Assembly: GCA_002633005.1 (NCBI GenBank)
Contig: NMRA01000006.1
Coordinates: 851,861-915,860 of the forward strand
Reading direction: 5' to 3'
DNA length: 64,000 bases
Origin: Phoronis australis
Taxonomy: Eukaryota > Animalia > Phoronida
In this document: positions 1-34,346 of the stretch, piece after piece
Layout of the letters: every line of letters begins with the position of its first letter
Position numbering within the stretch: position 1 is the first letter of the stretch
Notes under the pieces: generated by a model
What the model saw: the letters and a program-made list of their open reading frames with translations, nothing else
The model's database searches: none
What the model was told of the DNA's origin: nothing
Made by a program: the position numbers and the translations under genes

Positions 1-1003
1 AATATATAAATTAAATCTTTATTTTGCATTGATCCCTATAGCATATATGTTGCTGTTTGAAAAGACTTATCAATCACAAATACCACAATGCAGTGCCACA
101 GTTTGATTCTGGGGTCTTTACCCATAATCCTCTGCTTCAGTTGGGCACTGATATCACTGCTGCCGCATGCTAATCACTATGATACATCAAAACTGATTCA
201 CCATTTCTTATTTTAATGCAAAATTAATTTGTACTTTAATTTGTATATTGAGTTACAATACTGACTAATGAATTTTGAAGAGTTGAGTGGTGTTTGATTA
301 ATCGTTTTTCACTTGTCTGACTCAGCTCAGAGGAGAGTTGAATTTGGGTAGTGGGATTTCATCTCAGTTACTTGGCAAATTTTTGTTGGCCATTTTCAGG
401 CCATGGATCATGGACATTACCAGGTGAAAAGTTTGGGAAGAGAATTGAAAAGCTTCTGCTAAAACTCACTATAATTTCCTCCCAGTTCCTGAGCAATTTT
501 CCTGAAGTTTTGATTAATGATTTTGTGATTTTTATTGCTTAGATTGTTTAGTCATTTTATTCCCTTGCCATGAGCAGTGATGAGTCACCTATTTTCTTCA
601 AGATATGTTCTGTTGAATATGATGATACTCCATATTACAATTACGGTACCTCAACAGGCACTCCAGTTGTGCTATTTAACAGAATCCTTCTTAAAGATAA
701 TTTGCTGTGGCCAAATTCTCTGTCTTCCAGACGCCTATTTTGTGAAGTACTTCATGAAAGTACTGTCTGGCTCTTGTGCTTGTGTCATTTCAATTCAAAG
801 ATTTTATCTTATTAATAGCCCAAATTAAATGGTTTGTTTTTCACAATAAAGAGTCAGTGTTTGCCAAACAGCACAGTATTCTTTTTTGTAAACATTTGAG
901 TACTACTGAATGGGCATCATTAAATAAAATCTAAACTAGTGCCTGTTGTGTTCTGTACAAAATGTTACTCTTAAAGAGAGTGTTCATTTATTAACTATTT
1001 CAG

Positions 1004-22908
<21,905 letters not shown>

Positions 22909-23418
22909 TCTGCTTATCATTCAGCCGTGGTGGATTTGGTGTGCTCTTGAGCTGCAGCTGCACTGCAAACTTGTAGTTGTAACTGTTGGAAACAAAATTC
23001 AGCTGTGATATTGTAATATTCAATGTCTCACATTCCTGAAGAACATTATGCAAATTTAAAAAATGCAAAACGTCATCTGCATTTCATATGTATCAAATAC
23101 CTACGTGTATTTTTGTAAATTTATATTTTGTAAGATAGATTTCTGTTTTCAAAGAGAGTACAGGTATGTGCATCTGAGTGCATTATTGTATAATACTTGC
23201 AAATTTTATTTAATGAAAAAGGCAACTTGACGAGTCAATATCAGATGTTTCGTTACTTAACTTATACATTTTTTAATTTGTGGACATTGATAGCCATTTT
23301 TATTTTGTCATTTTCACATGCTACTATTTACTGACTGTCCGGTTTGACTACTGCATGTACATGCTTTGGAAATTAACAAATTGATTGTGTGCAGATGTAT
23401 CTTATCGTCAGACAACAA

Positions 23419-23424
23419 AATAAA
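23419..23424 (+). promoter_or_regulatory. Candidate polyadenylation signal of RSPH10B
   Basis: First AATAAA I found after the stop, about 510 nt into an AT-rich 3' UTR. Confidence 0.5.
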
Positions 23425-23480
23425 ATGGTAAAAGAAATTGAAAGAAGTGTTAAGAACGTGTTTCATCATGGCTTCTGACC

Positions 23481-23675
23481 AGCACATGTCTGGGTGAGAG
23501 TTCAGAAGTATGTATGGGTCATGACCTGCACATATCAGAAGTACGTAAGGGTTATGACCTGCACATGTCTGGGTGGGAGTTCAGAAGTATGAAAGGGTCA
23601 TGACCTGCACATATCAGAAGTACGTAAGGGTTAGGACCTGCACATGTCAGAAGTATGTAAGGGTCATGACCTGCA
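23481..23675 (+). repeat. Degenerate 33/45-bp tandem repeat downstream of the RSPH10B polyA signal
   Basis: Recurrent tcagaagta(c/t)gtaagggt(c/t)atgacctgcacat. Confidence 0.85.
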
Positions 23676-24969
23676 GGTGTTCCAACCCCAGTTTTGATAA
23701 AAACTACATATCCACAAGTTACATAAGAAAATCTGAATGTGAGAAAGCAAATATACTCATAAAAATGAAGAGAGAAGAAGAAATATTAATTGAAAACAGG
23801 GTGATCGAATGAAAAAATAAAATCGAAAAGACATGAATGATGAGGGGAAATCAATATATTCAGTCAATAAATTTATGCATCCCTACCGAAATATATTAAA
23901 CAGGCAAATCTGCTATTCTTAAACATTTTCCCGACTGTGTTCCATCTCTATAACCTGTCCAATGATTTTTTATGTAGTCGACATTGCCGCTCAAAATGTG
24001 CCGTGATTTGTCCTAAGAGCTCCGATGTCTGGCCTCTTATTGGACGTTCTAATGTTGTTACCAGTCGCCGGGGTATGTAGGTCTTTCCCTATCAACCGTG
24101 GCGGGACATTCGTATTTTAAATAAGTTATTGATTCCGAGTTCGAGCACTGAGAACCAATGACGCATCTCAACTTCGCTCAGTTTTCTGGTGCACGGAGAC
24201 ATGCAGCATCACCCTGTGTTTGAGCCCAGCCCACTTCAAGTTCATCGCTTCTCGTGTTTACCACTAAACATTTCGGGGTTCTCCCTCCTGGGCACCTATT
24301 TCAGTCCTTATTATTATACTTGTTGTTGGTTAACCTCCTAGTCTAGCCATAATTATTCTTTCCATGTTGGCATTTTTACCACGGGTTACGTTGTTTTTAT
24401 CAAAAAAATAAAAACCCATTTAAATAGGAAAACGAGACCAGAGAAAGGAATTGCGAGCGTTCTGTTTTGGGCGCTAGAAAATCTCAAATAACTCGAAAAC
24501 GTCACGTAGCAGCGAGAAACGGATGTAAAACGTCAATGACGTTTTTTGTTCAGATTGTGTAAGCTGGATGTTGATTAATAATCATCCGTGCATGCTTCGG
24601 GGAATGGAAACACAAGGCCACCTGATGTCACCAACTCGTGATGCTAATACCGTCAGTATATAAACTGATTGGTTAAAGATTCCACGCATCTTTCTGAATT
24701 GAAAAACCAAAATGGGTGAGTAGAGCTCGAAAAGCACGTGTGATGGTTTTCGTTATTTTAATTTTCAAAGTGTTATAGGACTTAGTAAAATGACGATTTC
24801 AAATGAATTAAAATCGTGCCAAAACACTTTATAATTTTCAACTCGCTCGTGTATACGACAAGACTTCAAACGCAAAACTGTCTAACATTTATGAGCTAAA
24901 ATCATGTCGGTTGTCGGAACACCTATATACACAGACAGTGACCACTATCTATAGCTGGCCTTAGAGACG

Positions 24970-25328
24970 ATGAAGCTCCTCATAGTATGATGGGCCGTTG
25001 GGGGGAAAGTGTCGCCGGAAAAGCACGAGCGTAACTGTGTACATTACGCCGTTATTTACGCCGTTAATTATGCCGTAATATTACGAGCGTAATTTACGGC
25101 GACATTTCCCCCATTTAATTTACGGGCGTAATTTTACTGCAACACTTTTGCAATTTAACTTACCCTCGTAATTACGAGCGTAATTTTACGGCGAAACTTT
25201 TTCCCGTTTAATTTATGAGCGTAATTGTACGGCGACACTCCTGCAATTCAATTTACGCTCGTAATTTCGAGCGTAATTTTACGGCGACACTTTCCCCTCA
25301 GCGGCCCACCATACTATAGGGCCTTCAT
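24970..25328. mobile_element. Foldback MITE with TIRs of about 50 bp and internal ttacgagcgtaa subrepeats
   Basis: atgaagctcctcatagtatgatgggccgttggggggaaagtgtcgccg is the near reverse complement of cggcgacactttcccctcagcggcccaccatactatagggccttcat. Confidence 0.85.
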
Positions 25329-26159
25329 ACGCCGGACGCCTTTCGGCGGATTATGCCTCATACTGATTGAAACATGAAAGTCACGTTGTTGTATGTATAT
25401 TTTGCGCATAGAGAAACACCTTAGGAGGCCGTCGATGTCTTTAATTCCTTACAACTCGAACAAACATTCCCGCAATCAAACTTTTTTTAGAGCAGCCCTT
25501 CGTTCAGTTGCCCAAATCGTCAAAAGGCTATTTATAACACTGCCAGCGCTCCAGGCGCGCGTGGTAAAATAGGAGCGCGCTGATACGCCGTAAAATGTAG
25601 CAATTTCGTAAAATGTTGATACACTTAACGCCTTCTTTTTCGGATTGAGTTAATGAAACTCTATCAAATGTGCCAGGTCGAATTTATAGATGTGTCCCTA
25701 TGTACTTTCCATGTTTTTTTCTAACATGAGTAGTTTTATGGTATAGTCAAAAATATACAGCTTAGTTTCAACTCGACACGAAAGGAGTTTCCAGAATCAG
25801 GTAACAAGTTTTTTACCGTTAAAGCTTTCTTGCAATCTTTTGTTGGCGCTCAGTGTGTATCCGACATTACAGTAAACACACTTCCCTTGGTAAGAACAAC
25901 AACGACATCGTATTTGGCTAATATTTATCGAATTTCTTCGGGAACGAACGACAATAACAAAAATTTTCATGGAGAACTCAATTTCGGAAGCCAATTTGAT
26001 AGAAAAAAACACACCAGTTTTAGTCCAAGATAGCTTGGTTTATTTCGGCAAGTGCTTTATAGCCTTGGAGTCATGGCTAATGCAGTAATTGCCCGGCCTG
26101 TTTCACACAAAAGGGGCAAAACCAAAGTTTGTGATGCCGACAGGTGCTGTCTACCACCT

Positions 26160-26450
26160 TAGTTACGAATGATAATTTCTTAAAGACATTGTGGTGGAAG
26201 GAAACAAAAGCACGCATTTATTTGCTGGCAGGTTGACAGAATTTGCCAAAGAAACAGCAAAATATCGCCTTTGAGAAGGGTGAGCCATTAGCTTAAAAAA
26301 GTGGTGGCATAGTAACGAAAGAAATATCATTGTTCCTATGATGTGAAGCTTGTCTGAAATACTGGTGGTAACAGCAGATCAAACCGTGACGTGTATACGT
26401 AAAAAGGGATGGCTAGCTGGGGAAACAGAAAATATTTTGCACTCTGAAGG
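26160..26450 (+). pseudogene. Possible heavily decayed piggyBac-like transposase fragment
   Basis: Broken frames read QNLPKKQQNIAFEKGE and ADQTVTCIRKKGW, resembling piggyBac LP...KGE and DQ...RK..KW motifs; several stops. Confidence 0.25.
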
Positions 26451-27149
26451 AACATGATCATTTTGCTCAAACCTAAGTCGATAGTTTAAAAGGGCAATAG
26501 TCCAAAAAAGCTGCCTGTCGGTTTTTCGGACTATAAAAACATGCACTTTCTCTTTCCATTATCTTTTAAGATAAAATGTGAATTAAAATTGCTATTTGGT
26601 CAACGGTCGTTAGTTCGAAGTACCAATAAATAAGGATAAAGATTGTATCATTAATTGACATGAAGTCACGTGTCTCATGAGGCGCCACTTTTTGTGTTGC
26701 AGATTGCAGATAAGGGAATTTGTTATATTAATTCTTTTGATGCTTTGCATTAAATCCGCATATTAAACATTGATGACTGCGACGTTGGCCATCTTTATTC
26801 CATGCAATCCAATTTCAGTGAAACCTAGTTCAAATCATTCTGTTAAATCACTGTCTTTTTCTAAGAATACTGGGGCCCATTCCACGTAAAATTGTTAGTG
26901 TTTTGTATATCCGTTACCAGCTATTCTAATGACCCGGTGACTGCAGCCGACTAGTCATTAGTTCTCGGAAAAAGTTTGCCTCCAGAGTTCAACTTAACGC
27001 AATTTTCGAACATACACATCACCGTGAAACGATCCCCAGTTCTTTGACAAGGAATGTCTTCAACATGTCAGAGACAATATTGCGGGTCTGAATTCAGTTC
27101 TTCGTGGCAAACTACAGATGGATATAGTTATATTTACAAATAATACAGT

Positions 27150-27460
27150 GCTTGCCGATAGTTCAAAAATAATCAACTTTTGAAGTTGGTGCACGCCTAA
27201 ACAAAATTTTAAATCTCAGCCTCCTCGTTTCCAAAAAGTAGGCCAACTCTGCATCCACAGCTGTCAAGACGTTCCTCACAATATCGTTAAAGCTGAACAT
27301 AGGAGCCCCTTTAAAATCCTTTTGGAACAGCACTCGCCGTCCACTATGGAAAGCCCGATGACACATTGAACCACCAATGAGATGATTTTAAAATCTTTGA
27401 GGACCATGATGTATTAGCACTTTGTTAAACATGTATTGTGTCCTCAATAAATAAATCAAA

Positions 27461-27490
<30 letters not shown>
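27150..27490 (+). mobile_element. Decayed LINE (CR1/L2-like) 3' end with (AAT)n tail
   Basis: Broken translation SFPKSR...VPHNIVKAEHRSPFKILLEQH resembles the FFP..WNxLP..IV.A...FK..L ORF2 end; followed by AATAAA and (AAT)n at 27461-27488. Confidence 0.45.
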
Positions 27491-27492
<2 letters not shown>

Positions 27493-28526
27493 CGATAACG
27501 GAAACAATATCGAGTACTACTAGTGATAGTAGTAATAGTATTAATAGTAGTAACAGAGAGATAGTAATGTAATACTAATAAAAATGATAATACGTAGCCA
27601 AATTCATGTCGTGTCAGCCCGTGTTATTCCTATAAAAGATGTATACGAAAAGTGCAGCCCAAAAGGGTGTTTCTTCACAGAAAAAATACTCTCCAAAATG
27701 GCGCCATTTTCGACAAAACTATACCTAAAAGGTGGCTTTCCTGAATTTCTGAAACAGAAGTGTGCGAAAATGCAAATTTTTACACAAATTAGTCTCTAAA
27801 TGTCTCACTTTTTTGTTCGAGCCCACTCTCTAAACGGGTAGGAATTCAAAATTTTCTGGTGGCACTCCTCGTCTAAAAATACTCCAGTACCTCCCGGCCG
27901 TGTCAGATACCACTTGTTCGGGATTTTGGTTATTTTCTTTACAATATGACGTGGGTTTCGTAAAATGTAACAATGGTACATTTTTCGCACGTGCGTTCGA
28001 CGTGAACTGTAATAACTTGTTACATTTTAGGTGAGGCTCTCTCTCTCTCAATTTTTTGTTTTGCTTGTATCACAAAATCTGAGTCTTTAAGAAGGCTATT
28101 ATTAAATCATTCAAATCCCCTTGTCAAACTTAAATGTGAATTGCCAACACTGTATAAGACCGATCTGATCTGTAACCTGGACACATGTCAGTTTTTTCTA
28201 CACAACATGCAAGTTCTTGATTGACCAAGAAAAATTCAATCCTCTCTTTTTATTGGATTTTCTTCTTATATGTCGTGCAATTTTTTAGCTTTTGATTAGA
28301 CGTCCTCCATTAGTCGACCAAGTATAGTTATTACTCATTAGCCTCGTCACTCTATCCCTGGCATTCGCTTTATCATTTTGGGAATAACTTTAACAGTCGA
28401 GAACATAATTTTACACCAGATGTTACGAATGACAGCTGGGTCTGTATTGGATTCTGTACGTTGGGCGTGCACAGTTCACATTCTTGAACTAAGTCATTCT
28501 TTTTGTTTGTTCAAATTACAGAACAA

Positions 28527-31285
28527 ATGGGAACTAAACTGATGTTGGTGCTTATTTTGACTGTAATGTCAGCGACATCGCAACCTGGCTCCCTTAGAGG
28601 ACGGGAAATTGACGTGCTCCTGCGTAATGTACCAACTCCAAGAGCTAACGAGCGCAGAATAACTGGTACGTCAGCAGTATGAAGTATGCAAGCAACCAGC
28701 CCGGGGTTTAATCTCTTTGCTCAAATCTCGACTCAAAATTTGACCAATCGCATTTCACGTTTCTAGTAAATTTGCAAATTTGTTCTGTTGTCATGGAACA
28801 TGATTGGTTATATCTTCGAGATTGAGTCTGAGTTTTGAGATTAGATACTGGACCCAGGACACTGAAGAAAATCTGAACAAATAATTATCTTAAATAAGTG
28901 GTGCACGAATTGATTTTGTTAAAAAATCAAAGGTCACCAATAAATTCTGAACTATTTAGGCCTACACGTTTGGATGCTGTTAAAGAATGTTCTAAGTTCA
29001 TATCCGTACTACATGACACAACCTTGACCAACAAGTTTGCTTTGCAGGTTTTTCTACGATTGATAAAAAAAAATTAATGCTCGTTTACACAGTGAGTTCT
29101 TGAGCGTCATTATAGTAAAATTTGGAATTTGGGGTTATGGCAGAAGTTTTGAAAGAAAAAGAGAATGTCTGGCGTTAGACATGTGAATAAATGGCCATTA
29201 AGTTAATTATACATATGATCAGTTTCAAATTACGGAAACACTTTTGATAGGAAAATGTCTCAAAACTGATTTTGTAATTTGTTTGTTATTGCTTGGAATA
29301 AAACGAAACAAAAATATGTTACACAAAAGTACATGTATTTAATAAGTGTAAAAGGTAGTTGGCTCATTTTATCCCGACTTTAAGCTAATCAAAACAGTTT
29401 GATTCATGAAAACGTTTGATTCGACAACATCGTAAAAGTACGTTGAATAAAAAGTACACTCACTGGTGATATTTATTTTCAACTTGCAGGGACGGATAAC
29501 TCAATGGAATGTCATATCGACCACATCAGTGATGAAACCTTTCTCAAACTAGAACAACAAAATCCAGGTAAAGTACGGGGTTGCACATGTTCTCACATCC
29601 GTGAGGAAACTATATTTCGAATAAATTCAAACCGAATGTTACGCTGAGAAACAAGTTCGGTTGAACCGCGATAGAATCCAGTGATGTGTTAGTTGTGGTA
29701 CCACGAGAAAGCTAGTCCGGGTAAAAACGCGTATGCTGAAATCTGAATCCCAGAAATTGTGGTTGCGCTTTTTCAGATTGCATCGTTCTACTGTCGATGA
29801 CTTTTGTTCACGATACTGTCCTGTATCCATACAGTATGAATAACACTGCACCGGTTAAATCGGCCAGATATGTGCTTATTGTGCATGTATGTGCTTGAAG
29901 CACGCGGCTATTAAATATTACTGCAGAAATAGTTGCTGCTACGCCACTTGCATGACAAGGCTAAAATTGTTCATAGTCCGCCATTTTTCACGTTGTTGTA
30001 AAGGTAACCATTGACTGCCAAGGTTACACCAACCAATGCTAAAGCGCGTGCTACTGCGTGATACCTGCGTGCTGGCTATATTTTAGTAAATTTTAAGATA
30101 AAACTTGAATTTGTCTCAAGACCATTTCAAGAAAGAGATCTTGAGTTTTAATTAACTTTTTGATAAAAGTGTTATCTTAATTTTATCTTACCGGATGTGG
30201 AAGTTTCAAAGTTTGGAAGTTGAGACAAATCTTAGACTTAAGTCAAAAATGAACTTAAGTCAGTTTCTTGGAAGGGGCCCATGGTCAGCTAGTCACGTGC
30301 TACTACCAGGGGCGAATAGAACATATCAACAATTAAACACGTCACTGGAATGTAATCTTCTCACGGCAAGACGATAGATTTACCTCTGAGTTGGGATCAG
30401 AAGATAAGATGGTAGATTAAACTTAGAAAGGTGATTTTTCAGATAATAGACCAAACGTCAAATCTTTGCAAGACACAATGACACTTCGGCGCTCAGTTCT
30501 TTTCTTATATACGTCTTGTTTAGTTCGTTTATAAACCCAAGAAGTAAGCTTTTGATTGAGACCACTTACCGTTACTAAGTGACTTTTTGATATTGCAAAA
30601 AGATGACGTTAAACGCTTACACCGTGCTTAGCGTATCAATAAAATGCTACTCCGTGACAAATCAACTTGTAGAGACTAATCTCACGTAATAAGACCTGCC
30701 AGTTCTTTTGAAGCCTTCAAGTCTTCTCCAGTTTGACTAAGGAAATTTTTATATTAATTTCAAAACAGTATGTGGTCTCAAAAAAAATTCGTCTTTTTGG
30801 TGAAAGGCGGGTTTACAGCCGCTTTAAGGAACATAGTTTTTGTTTGACATAAACCCTGGCTTGTGGCTAGTTGAAAACTTGAAGTGATAAAACTTGTATT
30901 ACTTCTTTTCAGTGCACCAACATTCAAACATTCTGCCCAGATATAATGCTTTCTTGCGCTTTTTGGACTAATTCCTATTATTGTACATTATATTTTTCGA
31001 AATAAACATAAAAAAACCAATAGACATTCAAATATTTTCGGATTAGATAGAAATTAACACTTTAATGTTTACCCAAGTTTTCACTGAGATCCAATGTTAT
31101 ACCATTGTTGATTCTTGATTGATGACCTGCACCTTGATTGTTCCAGTTTCCACCATGAATCTGAGAATAATTGATTATTGGTTTGAAAGTATTTAATTTA
31201 CATTGTTATAGATCCGTCGGACATTGAAGAAATTCTTCGAATATTAGGTCAACCCTGCACACCTATCTCTAAGTCGGTAAGTTGA
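28527..31285 (+). CDS. Candidate small secreted protein or prepropeptide, 3 exons (28527-28665, 29490-29567, 31212-31285), about 96 aa
   Basis: ttacag acceptor 5 nt before the ATG; hydrophobic N-terminus MGTKLMLVLILTVMSA; phase-1 introns (G|gtacgt...ttgcag and CAG|gtaaag...ttatag) keep the frame open; RR dibasic site and two Cys. The last exon is uncertain. Confidence 0.55.
28696..28858. mobile_element. Short palindromic MITE-like element
   Basis: taatctc...ctcaaa...gaccaatc arm mirrored by gattggtt...tttgagattaga; related sequence near 60925-61050. Confidence 0.45.
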
Positions 31286-34105
31286 AACGAATGTGGTCCA
31301 TTCATGACGTAATCGTGCATGGTACTGTATTCGCTTGTTTTGCATGACGTCATTCTGACGTTTTGAATCAGTCAGATGATTAAAAATAATGCTAAACATA
31401 AAAGCAATAATAATACCTAGGCCAGAATAATACATCGCTGTAAATTACTTAGGATTTGGAAAATTATTACCTGTTTATGGGCCTTGTCATTCTTGCTCCG
31501 TCTCAAACCGGAGCATACAATGGGATCGAACCGTTGTCGGAGCACACCGACTAATCCAAATTTCTAATTTTAAAAAAGCCAAGTGCTAAATTGCACTTGT
31601 GGTTACCTCAATCGGAAAAATTCAAAATCTGCAAAATTTTTGAAAATTTTATGTGGCTATATGCCCTTCTTTTCCTATTTGTTGTGGGCCCAAATTTTGT
31701 CATAATGAGGGAGATACGTCATCACTAAACAACGGAACCGAACCAAACCATATCCAGCTTGCAGCAGTTCAACCCTTCGTAAACTCTGAATTTCCCTTTT
31801 CAGTATTCACTATTACCGTGGCTGCAACCCGTATTGGTTGTTTAGTGTGAGTTTGGTGAGATAGTCTTTGGGAAATATCGCTACGCAAAGCGAGCGTGAT
31901 TACTGGTATCTTTCACTGGAGAGTGTCTTGCATTGCGGAGAAGGCCCACGGACGAGCGCTCTGTAGCCTACCAAGCTCGCAAAGTCACGCAAGTAAAAAG
32001 CGAGCTTACCGACCCATCCTAGCATATTGTAGTGTTGAATTGTGGGACTTAATTCTCATTTCCGCTCCATCAGCGAAGATTTTTCGATGCTAATGTAAGA
32101 ATATGTCTTGCCATCTATGGAACTCAACCCTGGCCTAACCCATATGTAGCCGGTCTGTAAAATTGTCGTGGAAAGCAATTTGGCCTCATTTTGCATTTTC
32201 GCAATGTCCGCTGAAGCAAAATATAATCCATGCGCTATTAACCATGAAATGGCATGGGGCTTCGCAGCACTGAAAAAAGTGGGGGGGGGGGGGGCTTACC
32301 CGGGGCTATAGCCCCCAGCCCCCTATGTTGCGCCGCCCATGTAATGAAAGGATTTATATGGAAGCGTAGACGTGCCACATCGCCCCCGTGCAAATACCCC
32401 CTTCTATGAAGCATTTCCCTTTCACTCCTAAGAATTCCTCTTCCCCATTACAAAACTGCCCATAAGGAACTCCCCTCCCATGAAAGTAACTTCCCCTCCC
32501 AAGAAAGCAATTTCTCTGCGAAAGCCTCCCCTCTATGCGTTTAATACCAAAATACACCTCCCCCACAAACTGACACGCTCACTGGCGCCACATTGGTCCG
32601 AACATATTCCCCCTCGCGGTCAATGTGCGTTAGCCTCAGAATAAACTCATCCTCACTACCCTCGGGCAAAAGCACAAGTACCCCGCGTGGCATCGTATGG
32701 CTTTTTATGTTCCCTTGAAATGGAGATACATAAAATGCTTAGTACTTTCGGTTCGTGCAGATGCAGTTTGGAGTCACCTGATTTTCTGGATAACCAGTGG
32801 TTGTTTCTGTCTTTGATTCATGCGCGCACCCGATGGGGGGGGGGCTCGGGGGCTCAAACGAGCCCCCATTTGGCGAAGTGGTTAAAAAGGTCCGCCTCGG
32901 AGAAACAAAACGTCCGGGAAAACAAAACAAAAGTCCACTAAAAATGCGTTAACGCACAATTCACAGGTCCTAACGTGGTACCTTGTGTTTTTTTAGTCCT
33001 CCCGCTTTTTGTTAGTAAAAGGTACACATCGTCAGAAATTGGAGCCCCCCATATTGAAGGCTGAGTGGAGTATGTGTGGACCTGTGTGAGGCGGGTGAAC
33101 GACAGTGTGAGAGCGTGAATGGGGTGACTGCTTTCTTGGGAGGAGAGTGCTTTCTTGAGAGTGGGGGTGCTTTCAGGGGAAGAAGTGTTTGCACGGAGTG
33201 GGTGATGTGGCAGTTATACCCTTCCATAGATTTGCTGACAGCGGAGCTCGTGATCACAGTGTCTCACGCCGAGTTGTATTGCAAAACATGTGTGGTGTAG
33301 TGGCCGGGGGCCTAGAAGCACGTACACGCAGTATAACGCCTGTTTTCATTTTTTTACGTAGCACATAGTTGTAGTGGAACGTCGACGCATGTCGACGCAA
33401 TACGTTACCTTTTTCTTTTTCATCTTGACAAGATGGATAAAGCTGACAAAGCAAGTTTACTGGGCATTTCGTTATCGTTACACCCATGTTGACAAAACGA
33501 GTGTCTGTGCGTCTTGTACTTAAGTGAGTAAAGTGAGTAGAGAACATAAATTTTAATCTGTTGGAGAATACGTCCGTCAGCCAAACTAACGGTGTCGCGT
33601 GTGTTCCAAAATCCTGCACATTATGACTTTGAACATTTTAAAACTAATACACGTACATTTACGGACACGACGCGACTGAAGTAATGAGTGTATAGTTAAG
33701 AAACGAAATTTGTGGCCAATCAATGACCTTCGATTTCCTCACGTGACCCATGCTCCGCCTTACTCGCAGACTCCCCTTTGCACTACCGGCGCGTAATTTT
33801 AGGATTTCAGGCACAATGGCCCACAACACATTGCCGTCCACTGACAGACTTACCCTAGAACAAGTTACTTCTGGAACGAGTTGTGGCTAGGTTTAAGGGC
33901 TGTTTGAACGCTATTTAAAGTGGTGCAACTTTCCCCACTGGAGCTGAATGCCACCCGATTTAACTAGTCTTTTTTACCGTCTTAATCTGTCTATATCCAA
34001 ATCGCCTCTTATACCGTCGGCCTCACCTTGCCGAGAGGTGCCGCGTTAACCTGTGAGGAAGGTGAGAAACGACGCTGAGACGTCAGTGGTTCATTTGCAA
34101 AGTGA

Positions 34106-34346
34106 ATGCCGCTATATTGCGGTGCATCGATCCCGCTTGTCCGAACTACGAAGCTGCGAAGAAAGCGGGTATATCGTTTTTCGACATCCTCAAGAGCCCG
34201 AAATGCTTAGGAAGTGGCACGCGGTAGTGAAGAATGAAAATATGCTGTAAATAGCAAGTATGAGGCCGTGAAACATCTCCGTGTCTGTTGCCGGCACTTC
34301 GTCGACAGTAATTTCTCTGACGAATTCCGGCTTACCAAAGAACTAT
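34106..34346 (+). pseudogene. Frameshifted THAP zinc-finger domain, probably a transposase N-terminus remnant
   Basis: Joining frames gives RCIDPACPNY...GISFF / RHPQEPEMLRKWHAVVKN / KYEAVKHLRVCCRHFVDSNF, i.e. C-x4-C...P...W...C-x2-HF. Confidence 0.7.

Noticed and set aside
351-828. Short ORFs as the first RSPH10B exon
   Set aside because: No similarity to the expected N-terminal sequence and no suitable phase-2 donor found; the start exon is probably upstream of the window.
24244-24254. U2 snRNA start (ATCGCTTCTCG)
   Set aside because: The match stops after 11 nt; the U2 continuation GCCTTTTGGCTAAGATCA and the branch-recognition sequence are absent.
33755-33830. U1 snRNA-like 3' end on the minus strand (ggtagtg...ggggagtctgcg)
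   Set aside because: No ATACTTACCTG 5' end, no Sm site and no stem-loop correspondence.
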